Below are positions 18,880-27,865 of a stretch of DNA of 64,000 bases, piece after piece. This DNA comes from Candidatus Marinacidobacterium sp. (GTDB lineage Bacteria; Acidobacteriota; Vicinamibacteria; Marinacidobacterales; Marinacidobacteraceae): the NCBI GenBank assembly GCA_965262645.1, contig CBDHFO010000017.1:2616582-2680581 (forward strand). The letters are read 5' to 3'. Position 1 is the stretch's first letter. The number at the start of each line of letters is the position of its first letter. The translations under genes and the position numbers were made by a program. The notes under the pieces were generated by a model. That model worked only from the letters and a program-made list of their open reading frames with translations, was not told where the DNA came from and did no database searches.

Positions 18880-19359
18880 ATGAGTCCGCCCACGGAATCC
18901 ACACCTGAAGCCAACCCGGCCGCCTCCGCCGCTACGGCCTCGACGTCGGACGGGTCACGGGAGTCTCCACCGAAGCGGCACCGGGAACTCTTTCGTATGC
19001 TCCTCTCGGTCCTCGGCGACCCCGAGCGTGCCTATACTGTGACGGAAGAGATCATGTCCGCGGCGGGTGAGAACGTGGTGGCGCAACTCGGCGCCCGGAT
19101 AGACGTGCTCAGTGCCCGGATGGAGGCGCTCGGCGCCCGGATCGACGCATTTGTGGAGAGCACGAATGCCCGGATGGAAGCGCTCGACGCCCGGATGGAG
19201 GCGCTCGGTGCCCGGATCGACGCGCTCGCCACGATCGTTGCGAGGATGGACGCCCGGATCGAACGGCTTGAGAACCAGCAGTCGCGTCTCATGTGGGGCG
19301 TCCTGGGGCTGCAGGCAACGCTGGTCGTCGCCATCATCGCGTTCCTGCTCTTGGCCTGA
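18880..19359 (+). CDS. tail-anchored coiled-coil protein with ARMEALGARIDA-type repeats
   Basis: ATG at 18880. Repeats are ARIDVLSARMEALGARIDAF...ARMEALDARMEALGARIDAL...ARMDARIERL, followed by the C-terminal TM LMWGVLGLQATLVVAIIAFLLLA. Confidence 0.6.
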   Translation: MSPPTESTPEANPAASAATASTSDGSRESPPKRHRELFRMLLSVLGDPERAYTVTEEIMSAAGENVVAQLGARIDVLSARMEALGARIDAFVESTNARMEALDARMEALGARIDALATIVARMDARIERLENQQSRLMWGVLGLQATLVVAIIAFLLLA

Positions 19360-19895
19360 GCCGGGGCCGTCGCGCCTGGCAGGCGGCATCATCCTCTCGA
19401 TCAGGATCGGGCCCTCCCGCCGCCTCGCACGACGCGTGGATCGGCAGGATGCCGGTGTGAACGCCCCCACCGGGAGAACTGGCCGGCGTTCCCTCCCCGG
19501 CGGCGCACCCTGGCTGGATGGCAGGGGCACCGGCCTTGCGCGGCAACTGACCAGAGTTTGTTTCGCTCGTCGCGCGGACGATGCCGGCTGGCTAACCGCC
19601 GGAGGCCGACAGCGTGGGCCAGGCGCCGCGCACGGAGCCCCAGTGGCGAGTGAGCGTCCGGAATCCATCCGACGACGGATCCGGAGTGGCCGGGCGTCCC
19701 TCGGCGTCGAGGTAGAGGCAGCCGACCTCGGTGGCCGGAAGTTCCGCCACGAGGCTTCGCGCTCGTTCCACCGCCACCAGCCAATGTCGTTTGAGGATGC
19801 CGAGGTCGAGCGGTTTTCGGAGCGCCAGCCGGTCGAGATCCCCCTGGGTATAAGCCGCATGCCGCGCCGTCTGCTCCAGCAGGAAGTCCGGGGTA

Positions 19896-20076
19896 ACAGC
19901 CTGTGGTGGAACCCGGGTGAGCGCCGAGGCCGGCGAGGCGCCCGGCTGACAAGGCGCGTGAGGGAGGAATACCGAGTGTATTTCGACCGAAACGCAACGA
20001 TGAGCGGCGCGAAGCGACGCGGTTCAGCCGGGATGGATCGTCGGCCGAACGCCGCCTGGGTTCCACCACCGGCTGT
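19896..20076. mobile_element. MITE copy (TA-flanked)
   Basis: ACAGCCTGTGGTGGAACCC ... GGGTTCCACCACCGGCTGT, with TA at 19894-95 and 20077-78. Confidence 0.8.
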
Positions 20077-20537
20077 TAAAACCGGGGTCCTTGCCGCAGC
20101 CGGCCCAGGCCAGCGCTCCCAGCGACAGGTAGGTGTCATCGAGATGGAGCACATCGACGAAGTCGCGGATCTCGCTTCGCCCCGCCAGCGCCAGGACCTT
20201 GTTGACCGCGGCGTCGGCATCGTGCAGGCGGTACCCGAAACGGTCATCTCTGGACAATGGATAGAACCTGAAGGCGCTGTCCTGCGCCCACTCGATCCTT
20301 AGCGACCCGGTATGTACCCGCGCGACCGCGCGATGGAAAGCCGGCGCGCGGAGCAGCCAGGAAACCTCGTGACCGGCCGCGCGCAGGGTGGCCGCATCCG
20401 CTTCCGCGCTGCGGGCTACGCTGTCTGCCAGATCGTGAAAGAGATCGAGGTCCACGGAGTAGCGGGGCGTCGTCGCCGCACGGTGGAGCACGGTGGCGCC
20501 CGCGACGTAGCTGTCCGGGCTGCGGTTTCCGGCGATA

Positions 20538-20736
20538 ACAGCCTGTGGTGGAACCCGGGTGAGCGCCGAGAGCGGCGAGGCGCCCGGCTGACAAGGCGCG
20601 TGAGGGAGGAATACCTGGTGTATTTCGACCGAAACGCAACGCAGAACGCCAGTTCTCCCGGTGGGGGGGCGAAGCGGAGTGGTTCAGCCGGGATGCATCG
20701 CCGCTCGAACGCCGCCTGGGTTTCGCCACAGGCTGT
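20538..20736. mobile_element. MITE copy (TA-flanked)
   Basis: ACAGCCTGTGGTGGAACCC ... GGGTTTCGCCACAGGCTGT, with TA at 20536-37 and 20737-38. Confidence 0.8.
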
Positions 20737-20766
20737 TAAGGCGCAGCACCTCCGCCTGGGCGGAAC

Positions 20767-21039
20767 TCAGCGGCATAGCCGGGCCGCGGTGACGAACCCT
20801 TTCCGGCCGCCGTGTTGCCGCAGACCCCGGACGATCTCCGGGACGTCGTCGAGGGTGACGGCCAGGTCGGGGCGAAGGTGCCAGAAGCACTGGGCGTGGA
20901 ACGTGCGGAACGCTCGCCGGGCCTCGCGGACCCGCACCATGTCGCGCGCCTGAGCGGACGACAACTCGCGGCGGCTGCGCATTCCGCCCTTGCGGCCGAT
21001 CCGGGAGAGGTACTCCTTCAGAGCCGCCGGCGGGTCCAT
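20767..21039 (-). CDS. hypothetical 90-aa protein, possible cognate antitoxin of the AbiEii-like gene
   Basis: It overlaps the AbiEii-like start by 10 nt and contains two GRKGG motifs. I recognise no family. Confidence 0.45.
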   Translation of the reverse strand: MDPPAALKEYLSRIGRKGGMRSRRELSSAQARDMVRVREARRAFRTFHAQCFWHLRPDLAVTLDDVPEIVRGLRQHGGRKGFVTAARLCR

Positions 21040-21257
21040 GGCCGCAATCTAACATAAGCGGCTTATGTCCTGGTCGGGTGTCCTGATCCGGGGGACTCTC
21101 CCCAGGTCGCGCGCCATCCATCCGGATCGGCGGTACGCGGTTTCGCGGCCCGGGGGGTGGCGATGCCGGCCTGGAGGTCGGCGCCGCCTCCCGGTGGTGA
21201 CGCCAACTCTGGCCCGCGGTCCCTCCTTGTTCGTCCCCGTCTCCTAGAATCCCGGCG

Positions 21258-22586
21258 ATGCGTGTCCTGCACCGGAGGCTACTCGTTGTCGGAGCAGTCG
21301 TCCTGGCGTTTGTTCCGGTGCTGTTCGGGGTCCGGCTCCTCGATCGGATGGCGCTGGCCTATACGACCGGGCTGCGGCGGAGCCCGGACAGCCCGGGCTT
21401 CGGGGGCGTCATGCCGCCCGCCGGCGGTCCCCCGCCGGGAGTTGCGTTCATCGGCTTTTCGCGGCCCGCGGAAGACGGCGAAGGCTTTGTCATGCGGCGG
21501 GTCACCGCCCAGGGCCGGGAGGCCGGACTGCAGAATGGGGACCGGGTCACCGCGGTGGACGGGGTGGCGTATCGCGACGCGCGAGCCGCGATGGGCGGTC
21601 TCATCAGCACCCGGACGGCGGGAGAGACGGTGGAACTCGGGGTCGTGCGAGGGGGATCGGATCTCACGCTTCAACTCCGGCTGGCGCGCTACGTCCGCCA
21701 TCCCGGCGACCTCGGACTGCCCTACGAAGAGGTCTCGCTGGCCTCGGGAAGCGGCCACGTCCTCCGGGGCTGGTGGATCCCGCCGCCCGCGGACAGCGAC
21801 GGGCGGGCGGTGGTGTGGGTGCATGGCGCCCACTCGTCCCGCTATCAGGCACTCGACCACGGGGCCGAATTCCTGCAGGAGCGAGGCTACGGGATCCTGA
21901 CGATGGATCTCTCCGGCCGCGGTTCGAGCGACGGCGAATACATCACCTACACCTGGAACGAACGCCACGACGTGCGCGCGGCGGTGCGCTACCTGCGCTC
22001 GCGGCCGGACACCGACGAATCCCGGGTGGTGGTCTTCGGCACCTCGAACGGCGCCGCGGCCGCAATTTATGCCGCCGCCGAACTCGGCGATCTTCCGGCG
22101 CTCGCGCTCGATGCCCCCTACGCCGACCTCTGGCGGGCCGCGGGTTCGATGCTGGAGATGCGGGGAGGCGTTCCGGCGCTCCGCGGGCCCCTCTCGCTCT
22201 TCGTCTGGGCGCGGACCGGTCTCCGCATCCGGGAAGTCCGGCCCATCGAAGTGATCGCCGAGATCCCGGGGCCGGTGCTCTTCCTGCACGGCGACCGCGA
22301 CCGCCAGGTGCCCCCGGAGCACAGCCTGGAGCTCCACGAGGCCCGGCTGGCGGCCGGGCTTCCCTCGAGGCGCTGGGTGCTCCCGGGCGGGGAGCACGGC
22401 TTCGACGACTACCCCCCGCCCGGGATCCTCTGGAATCGGGTCGCCGATTTCCTCGACGATGCGCTCGGCGGCCGCCCGGCGGGCCGGGAACTGGGCGGGC
22501 CGGCGCCGGACACCCTCGACGATCCGCAGTGGACCGGCGGCGTCCACCCTCCGGGGAACACAAATGGCCGCGGAGTAGCGCGGTGA
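21258..22586 (+). CDS. membrane-anchored PDZ domain + alpha/beta hydrolase
   Basis: N-terminal TM, PDZ-like GLQNGDRVTAVDGV, then a hydrolase core with GTSNG elbow, LHGDRD and GGEHGF. Confidence 0.75.
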   Translation: MRVLHRRLLVVGAVVLAFVPVLFGVRLLDRMALAYTTGLRRSPDSPGFGGVMPPAGGPPPGVAFIGFSRPAEDGEGFVMRRVTAQGREAGLQNGDRVTAVDGVAYRDARAAMGGLISTRTAGETVELGVVRGGSDLTLQLRLARYVRHPGDLGLPYEEVSLASGSGHVLRGWWIPPPADSDGRAVVWVHGAHSSRYQALDHGAEFLQERGYGILTMDLSGRGSSDGEYITYTWNERHDVRAAVRYLRSRPDTDESRVVVFGTSNGAAAAIYAAAELGDLPALALDAPYADLWRAAGSMLEMRGGVPALRGPLSLFVWARTGLRIREVRPIEVIAEIPGPVLFLHGDRDRQVPPEHSLELHEARLAAGLPSRRWVLPGGEHGFDDYPPPGILWNRVADFLDDALGGRPAGRELGGPAPDTLDDPQWTGGVHPPGNTNGRGVAR

Positions 22587-25081
22587 CGGGCGGATTCCGA
22601 AACCTCGGCGCCGCCGCGCTGGCGGTGGCGCTGTTCGCCGGCTGCGGGGAGCAGGCCGCCCAACAGGCCGCCCAACAGGCCGCCCCGCAGGGCGCCCCGC
22701 AGCCCGCCACCGTCGGACCCGAGTCCGGCTACCAGGACCTGGCGGCCCGGCTCTCCGAATTCGTCGCCGCCGAAATGGAGCACAAACGAATCCCGGCGCT
22801 CGCGCTCGCCCTCACCGACGGCGACCGCATCGTCTGGGCGCGGGGATTCGGCGAGGCGCAGGGATTCGACGGGGCGCAGGGATTCGACGAGGCGCAGCCG
22901 GGCGTACCCACCGATGCGGACACCCTCTTCCGGGTGGGTTCGGTTTCGAAGCTCTTCACCGACATCGCGGTGGTGGCCCGCGAGGCAGCCGGTGAGCTGG
23001 ATCTCGACGCCGAGGTCTCGGAGCTACTCCCCGGCTTCGCACCCGCCGGCGTACCCGAGGAGGGCGGAGTCAGCCTGCGCCGGCTCATGGCGCATCGCGC
23101 GGGACTCGTGCGCGAGCCCCCGGTGGGTCACTACTTCGACGACACCGACCCCTCGCTCGCCGCCACCGTCGAGAGCCTGAACGGCGTCCCGCTCGTCTTC
23201 CCTCCGGGCCGGCGGCAGAAGTACTCGAACGCGGGGATCGCGGTGGTGGGGCGCGTGCTGGAGCACGCCGCGGGGAAGCCCTTTGCCGTGGCGGTGACCG
23301 AGGAGGTGCTCGTCCCGCTCGGGCTCGATTCGAGTTCCTTCTCGCTGGCCTCCGCGCCGGCGGAGCGGCTGGCGCAGGCGTCGATGTGGAGCTACGACGG
23401 CCGGGAGTTTCCCGCGCCGGACTTCCCGCTCGGAATGGCCCCGGCGGGTTCGATGGTCACCTCGGTCCGCGATTTGGCCAAGTTCATGACCCTGCTGGCC
23501 GGAGGCGAGCTCCCCGGAGTGCTTGACCGGGCGTCGCTCGCCGAGATGTGGCGCGTCCAGTTCCCGGACGATCCCGAGGACCCCGAGCCCAGCGGGTTCG
23601 GGCTCGGCTTCAACCGGGGCACGCTGGAGGCCCGAAACGCCGCCGGCGAAACCACCTCCTACGCGGTGGTCGGCCACGGGGGCGCGATCTACGGGTACTC
23701 CACCGAACTCGCCTTCCTGCCCGAGGTCGGACTCGGCGCCGTCGCGGTGACGAACGTGGATTTCACGAATGCCGTGGCCTCCCGGATCGTCCGGCTCGCG
23801 CTCCGGGGGGCGCTCGCCCTCCGTTCGGGAACCGAGGGTGCGCTCCCCCGCTCCGCGCCGCTGCCCGAAGGGCTGGCGAGGCGGCTTCACGGTTTGTACG
23901 AGTCCGAGAGCGCCAGCCGGCTTCGGGTGCTGGCCCGCGGCGGCCGCGCCGAGCTGGAAATCGGGAGCGCCACTCTGGAACTTCGCGCCTCGGACACCCC
24001 GGGCGTGCTCGTCGCCGACTCGCGGCTGTCCTTCGGGCCCGAAGTCACGATCGGCGACGAGTTGGAGGCCGAAGCGGTCGAATCCCTCCGCATCGGCGAG
24101 CGGGAATTCCGCCGCGTCCCCAACCCGCGTCCGCCTCCCCCGCCGGCGGAGTTCATGCCCTTCCTCGGCGAGTACGGCTGGGATCACAACATTCTCTTCG
24201 TCTTCGAGCGCGACGGCGCCCTCACCGTGCTGATCGAATGGCTGGAGCGCTACCCGCTCACTGCCGCCGCCGAAGACCCGAACCGCTTTCACTTCCCGGA
24301 CGGGGGTCTCTACCCGGGCGAGTCGCTCCGCTTTCTCAGGGACGATGACGGGCGGGTGAGGGGAGCGGATCTCTCCGGGATCGTCTTCCCGCGCCGGCCC
24401 GGCCCGGGCGAAGGGACCTTCCGCATCGAGCCCCTGCTACCGGTCTCGGAGCTCCGGCGGCTCGCCGGCGATGCGTCTCCGCCGGCCGAGGAAGGCGACT
24501 TCCGCGATTCGGATCTCGTCCGGCTCACCGACCTGGACTCCACCATTCGGTTGGACGTCCGCTACGCCGGCGAGAACAACTTCATGGGAGCCGCCTTCTA
24601 CGAGGTCGCGGACGCCTTCCTGCAGCGTCCCGCGGCCGAGGCTCTCGCCCGGGCGCACGCCGCGCTCGGGGAGTACGGCTACGGCGTGGTGGTCCACGAC
24701 GGCTACCGTCCGTGGCGGGTCACGAAGATGTTCTTCGACGCCACTCCCGAGCCCCAGCGAATCTTCGTCGCCGATCCCGCTGCGGGGTCGCGGCACAATC
24801 GCGGCGCCGCGGTGGACATCGGCCTCTACGACCGCGCCACCGGCGAGGTGCAGGTCTTCGTCTCGGGTTACGACGAGTTTTCGGAACGCGCCTTCCCCCG
24901 CTACGCTGGCGGGACCTCGGAACAGCGCTGGCTTCGGGAACTGCTCCGAACGCTCATGGAGCGCGAGGGCTTCGCCGTTTACGAGCACGAGTGGTGGCAC
25001 TTCGACTACGGCGACTGGCAGCGCTACGGCATCGAAAACGTCCCGCTCCACCGCATCGGGGAAGCGGACTCCGGATCGTGA
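22583..25081 (+). CDS. lipoprotein fusion: serine hydrolase (beta-lactamase/PBP family) + D-Ala-D-Ala dipeptidase (VanX/DdpX, M15D)
   Basis: GTG overlaps the previous stop (GTGA). Lipobox ALFAGC and an SxxK motif FRVGSVSKLFT. The C-terminal VRLTDLD..IRLDVRYAGENNFMG...HDGYRPW...SRHNRGAAVDI...EWWHFDY matches DdpX. Confidence 0.8.
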   Translation: MTGGFRNLGAAALAVALFAGCGEQAAQQAAQQAAPQGAPQPATVGPESGYQDLAARLSEFVAAEMEHKRIPALALALTDGDRIVWARGFGEAQGFDGAQGFDEAQPGVPTDADTLFRVGSVSKLFTDIAVVAREAAGELDLDAEVSELLPGFAPAGVPEEGGVSLRRLMAHRAGLVREPPVGHYFDDTDPSLAATVESLNGVPLVFPPGRRQKYSNAGIAVVGRVLEHAAGKPFAVAVTEEVLVPLGLDSSSFSLASAPAERLAQASMWSYDGREFPAPDFPLGMAPAGSMVTSVRDLAKFMTLLAGGELPGVLDRASLAEMWRVQFPDDPEDPEPSGFGLGFNRGTLEARNAAGETTSYAVVGHGGAIYGYSTELAFLPEVGLGAVAVTNVDFTNAVASRIVRLALRGALALRSGTEGALPRSAPLPEGLARRLHGLYESESASRLRVLARGGRAELEIGSATLELRASDTPGVLVADSRLSFGPEVTIGDELEAEAVESLRIGEREFRRVPNPRPPPPPAEFMPFLGEYGWDHNILFVFERDGALTVLIEWLERYPLTAAAEDPNRFHFPDGGLYPGESLRFLRDDDGRVRGADLSGIVFPRRPGPGEGTFRIEPLLPVSELRRLAGDASPPAEEGDFRDSDLVRLTDLDSTIRLDVRYAGENNFMGAAFYEVADAFLQRPAAEALARAHAALGEYGYGVVVHDGYRPWRVTKMFFDATPEPQRIFVADPAAGSRHNRGAAVDIGLYDRATGEVQVFVSGYDEFSERAFPRYAGGTSEQRWLRELLRTLMEREGFAVYEHEWWHFDYGDWQRYGIENVPLHRIGEADSGS

Positions 25082-25803
25082 TTCTCGAACTCTTTTCGCG
25101 GGAGGGCCGGGAGGCGGCCCGCATTCGGCGCGCGGCGAAGACGCTCACCGAGCGGTACGCGCAGCCGGAGCCCCGGATGGACGCTGCCGACCGGCTCGTC
25201 CGGGTCGGGACCCCCGAGGCGATCTACCAGCTCGCCCGGCGGTTCACCATCACCTCCGGGAATCTGGAGCAGGACGATCAGGAAAAGCGCTGGGTCCGCG
25301 ACCTGCTGGTCGAGCAGGGCGACCGCGCGGCCGATCCGCTGCGGCGCTACCTGAGGGGCCACGATGACATCACCTGGGCGATGGACGCCCTCTCGAAGCT
25401 CCTGCCAACCGACGAGTTGGCCGAATTCCTCTTCGCAGTGCTCCAGGACGGCGACGCGGTGGCCATCCGGGGACCGAAAGCGGTCCAGATCGTCGGCTTT
25501 CTCGCCGGACTCGACACCGAAGGAATCGCCGCGGGGGTGGCGCGTTGCCTCATGAGCAGCGACGACACCGTGCGGATCGCCGCGGTGGCGGCACTCCGGA
25601 CGTACGCGGAGCCCGCGACCCGGGATGCGCTGCTCGAGGCGCTCGTCTCCGACGAAGAGGACTCGGTGAGGGTCCGGATCGCGATCTCCGAACTCCTGGC
25701 CGACCTGGAGTGGGAAATCCGCGGCCACCGCCCCGGAGTGGAGCGGGTGCTCCCGGATGGCTTCCGGGTCAGCTCTCGCGGCCGGATTCTGCGCGCCGGT
25801 TAA
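25078..25803 (+). CDS. HEAT-repeat protein
   Basis: GTG overlaps the previous stop (GTGA). Helical repeats with D..VR.aA..AL (SSDDTVRIAAVAALR, DEEDSVRVRIAISELL). The stop codon lies at the MITE junction. Confidence 0.6.
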   Translation: MILELFSREGREAARIRRAAKTLTERYAQPEPRMDAADRLVRVGTPEAIYQLARRFTITSGNLEQDDQEKRWVRDLLVEQGDRAADPLRRYLRGHDDITWAMDALSKLLPTDELAEFLFAVLQDGDAVAIRGPKAVQIVGFLAGLDTEGIAAGVARCLMSSDDTVRIAAVAALRTYAEPATRDALLEALVSDEEDSVRVRIAISELLADLEWEIRGHRPGVERVLPDGFRVSSRGRILRAG

Positions 25804-26038
25804 ACAGCCGGTGGTGAAACCCAGGCGGCCCAGTTCTCCCGGTGGGGGCTCGGCCGGCGATCCATCCCGGCTGAACCGCGTCGCTTCGCGCCGCTCATCG
25901 TTGCGCTTCGGTCGAAATACACTCGGGCCAGTTCTCCCGGTGGGGGCTCCTCCCTCGCGCGCCTTGTCAGCCGGGCGCCCACCGGGAGAACTGGGCCTCG
26001 CCAGCCTCGGCGCTCACCCGGGTTTCACCACCGGCTGT
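25803..26038. mobile_element. MITE copy inserted at a stop codon
   Basis: (A)ACAGCCGGTGGTGAAACCC ... GGGTTTCACCACCGGCTGT, with TA at 25801-02 and 26039-40. Confidence 0.75.
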
Positions 26039-26120
26039 TAGACCGGTGCGGCAAACACTCCCGAACCCGGGCTTTCCCGGACGCCGTGGCGCGGAGTAGC
26101 GCCGGCGGCGGTCTCAACTG

Positions 26121-27584
26121 ATGGTTTCGGCTTCCACCGTCCTCGTCGTTGTCGGCTACCTCGCCGGGATCACGGCGTTCGGCATCTGGGTGGGTCGCCG
26201 GGATCGGACGGTCACCGGGTTCTTCCTGGCCGGCCGGTCCGCCCCCTACTGGGCGGTGGCCGCCTGCATCGTGGCGACCGAGACCAGCGTCCTCACCTTC
26301 ACTTCGATTCCCGGGTTCGCCTACGAAGGGAACTTCGGTTTCCTGCAGCTTGCGATCGGGTTCCTGCTGGGCCGGGTAGGGATCGCGCTGGTGCTGCTGC
26401 CGGCCTACTTCCGCGGGCAGGTGGTCACCACCTACGAACTCCTCCTGCAGCGGTTCGGCACCCGGGTGCGGAGCGCCGCCGCCGCCATCTTCCTCGTCTA
26501 CCGCAACCTCGCCGACGGCGTCCGGCTCCACGCCGCCGCGCTCATGGTGGCGATCGTCGCCGGGGTTCCCGAGTGGTGGTGCATCGTGGCGCTCGCGGCC
26601 GCGATGGTCGTGTTCTCGGAGGAGGGCGGGGTCAAGGCCACCATCTGGACCGACGTGATCCAGCTCGGCGTGTATCTCATCGGGGCCGGGGTGATCGTCG
26701 CGGCGCTCTGGCAGGGAAGCGGCCCCGAGCCGCTCGCCTGGATCCCTGCGGCCCGCGAGGCCGGGAAGTTCGCCGTGGTGTTGCCCGCCTTCGACCTCAC
26801 CATCCCCTACACCATCTGGGCCGGGGTGGCCGGCGGGTTCTTCCTCACCTTCGCGACCCACGGGGCGGACCAGTACCTGGCCCAGCGGCTGCTCGCGGCG
26901 CGTTCGCTCCGCCACGCCCAGGCGGGTCTGGTGATTTCCGGGTTCGGGGCCTTGCTCCAGTTCGGGCTCTTCCTGGGCATCGGCGCCTGGCTCTGGCACT
27001 ACTACGACGGCCGGGAGTTCGCCCGTCCCGACGAAGTGCTCCCCACCTTCGTCGCGGAGAACCTCTCCGGCCTCGCCGCCGGGGTCACCCTCGCCGCGGT
27101 GGTGGCGGCAGCGCTTTCTCCATCCCTCGTGAGCCTCGCTTCGACCACCGTGCGGGACTTCTGGCTGCCCTGGAAACAGCGGCGGGGGACGGCGGGAGGC
27201 GCCGGCGGCGACTCCGGGCAGGTCCGGGTCGGCCGGCAGTTCGTGGTGGTCTGGGGGATCGTGCAGACCGGGGTGGCGCTCATGGCCCAGCGGGCGCCCT
27301 CGGCCCTGGAGGCCGGCCTCTCGGTGCTCTCCTACGCCTCCGGACCGACGGTGGGGGCCTTCCTGCTGGCGGTCTTCGCGCGGCGCACCGAACCCACCGC
27401 CGTGCTGATCGGGATGGCCGGCGGTTTCGCGGCCCCGGCGGCGATCCGGCTGGCCGGCTTTCCCCTCGCGTGGACGTGGGACGTCATGGTGGGTTCCCTC
27501 GCCACCGCCGCGGTGGGCCTCCTGGTCAGCCGCTGGGGGACGGGTTCCCGCCGTTGGTTACAATGGGATCGTTCCCATGGGTAG
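26121..27584 (+). CDS. sodium:solute symporter (SSF) family transporter
   Basis: 487 aa, multi-TM. FFLAGRS near the N-terminus and an overall SSF-like helix pattern. Confidence 0.8.
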   Translation: MVSASTVLVVVGYLAGITAFGIWVGRRDRTVTGFFLAGRSAPYWAVAACIVATETSVLTFTSIPGFAYEGNFGFLQLAIGFLLGRVGIALVLLPAYFRGQVVTTYELLLQRFGTRVRSAAAAIFLVYRNLADGVRLHAAALMVAIVAGVPEWWCIVALAAAMVVFSEEGGVKATIWTDVIQLGVYLIGAGVIVAALWQGSGPEPLAWIPAAREAGKFAVVLPAFDLTIPYTIWAGVAGGFFLTFATHGADQYLAQRLLAARSLRHAQAGLVISGFGALLQFGLFLGIGAWLWHYYDGREFARPDEVLPTFVAENLSGLAAGVTLAAVVAAALSPSLVSLASTTVRDFWLPWKQRRGTAGGAGGDSGQVRVGRQFVVVWGIVQTGVALMAQRAPSALEAGLSVLSYASGPTVGAFLLAVFARRTEPTAVLIGMAGGFAAPAAIRLAGFPLAWTWDVMVGSLATAAVGLLVSRWGTGSRRWLQWDRSHG

Positions 27585-27865
27585 TGGTGTTGCAGTTGCC
27601 GCGGCGGGGTCCGCGGCCCATCGCAAGGAAGAATTGAAGGCCGGAGAGGCCGGCTCCCAGGAGGATTCACCCATCAAGGTGCATTCACGATGGGATCTCA
27701 CCCACACGACCTACTGGGTCGATCTTGACGACTTGTTTCGGGCGCAGAAGACGAAAAAGATGCTCGAACTCCTGAAGCGGATGTACGAAGAGCAGGATCC
27801 AATGCGTCGTCCACCGCAGCAAACCGACTGATCGGGACCTCCCGGTCCGATAGCCGCCGCTCGCG

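Larger units (their letters stand above)
16692..19111. repeat. two-unit tandem segmental duplication, period 1210 bp
   Basis: 16692-16765 and 17902-17975 are identical (74 nt). The rest of the units (EEP gene, divergent promoter region, 5' end of the coiled-coil gene) are colinear but clearly diverged. Confidence 0.7.
19592..20776 (-). pseudogene. AbiEii/AbiGii-like nucleotidyltransferase toxin gene split by two MITEs
   Basis: The segments MPLSSAQAEVLRL | IAGNRSPDSYVAGATVLHRAATTPRYSVDLDLFHD...GCGKDPGF | TPDFLLEQTARH...SASGG* rejoin in frame when both elements are removed. Confidence 0.75.

Noticed and set aside
21773-22582. 270-aa N-terminal extension of the beta-lactamase/DdpX ORF
   Set aside because: It overlaps the well-supported PDZ-hydrolase gene in another frame and has a low-complexity Arg/Gly/Pro translation. 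The GTG at 22583 gives a lipoprotein signal and a GTGA coupling overlap.
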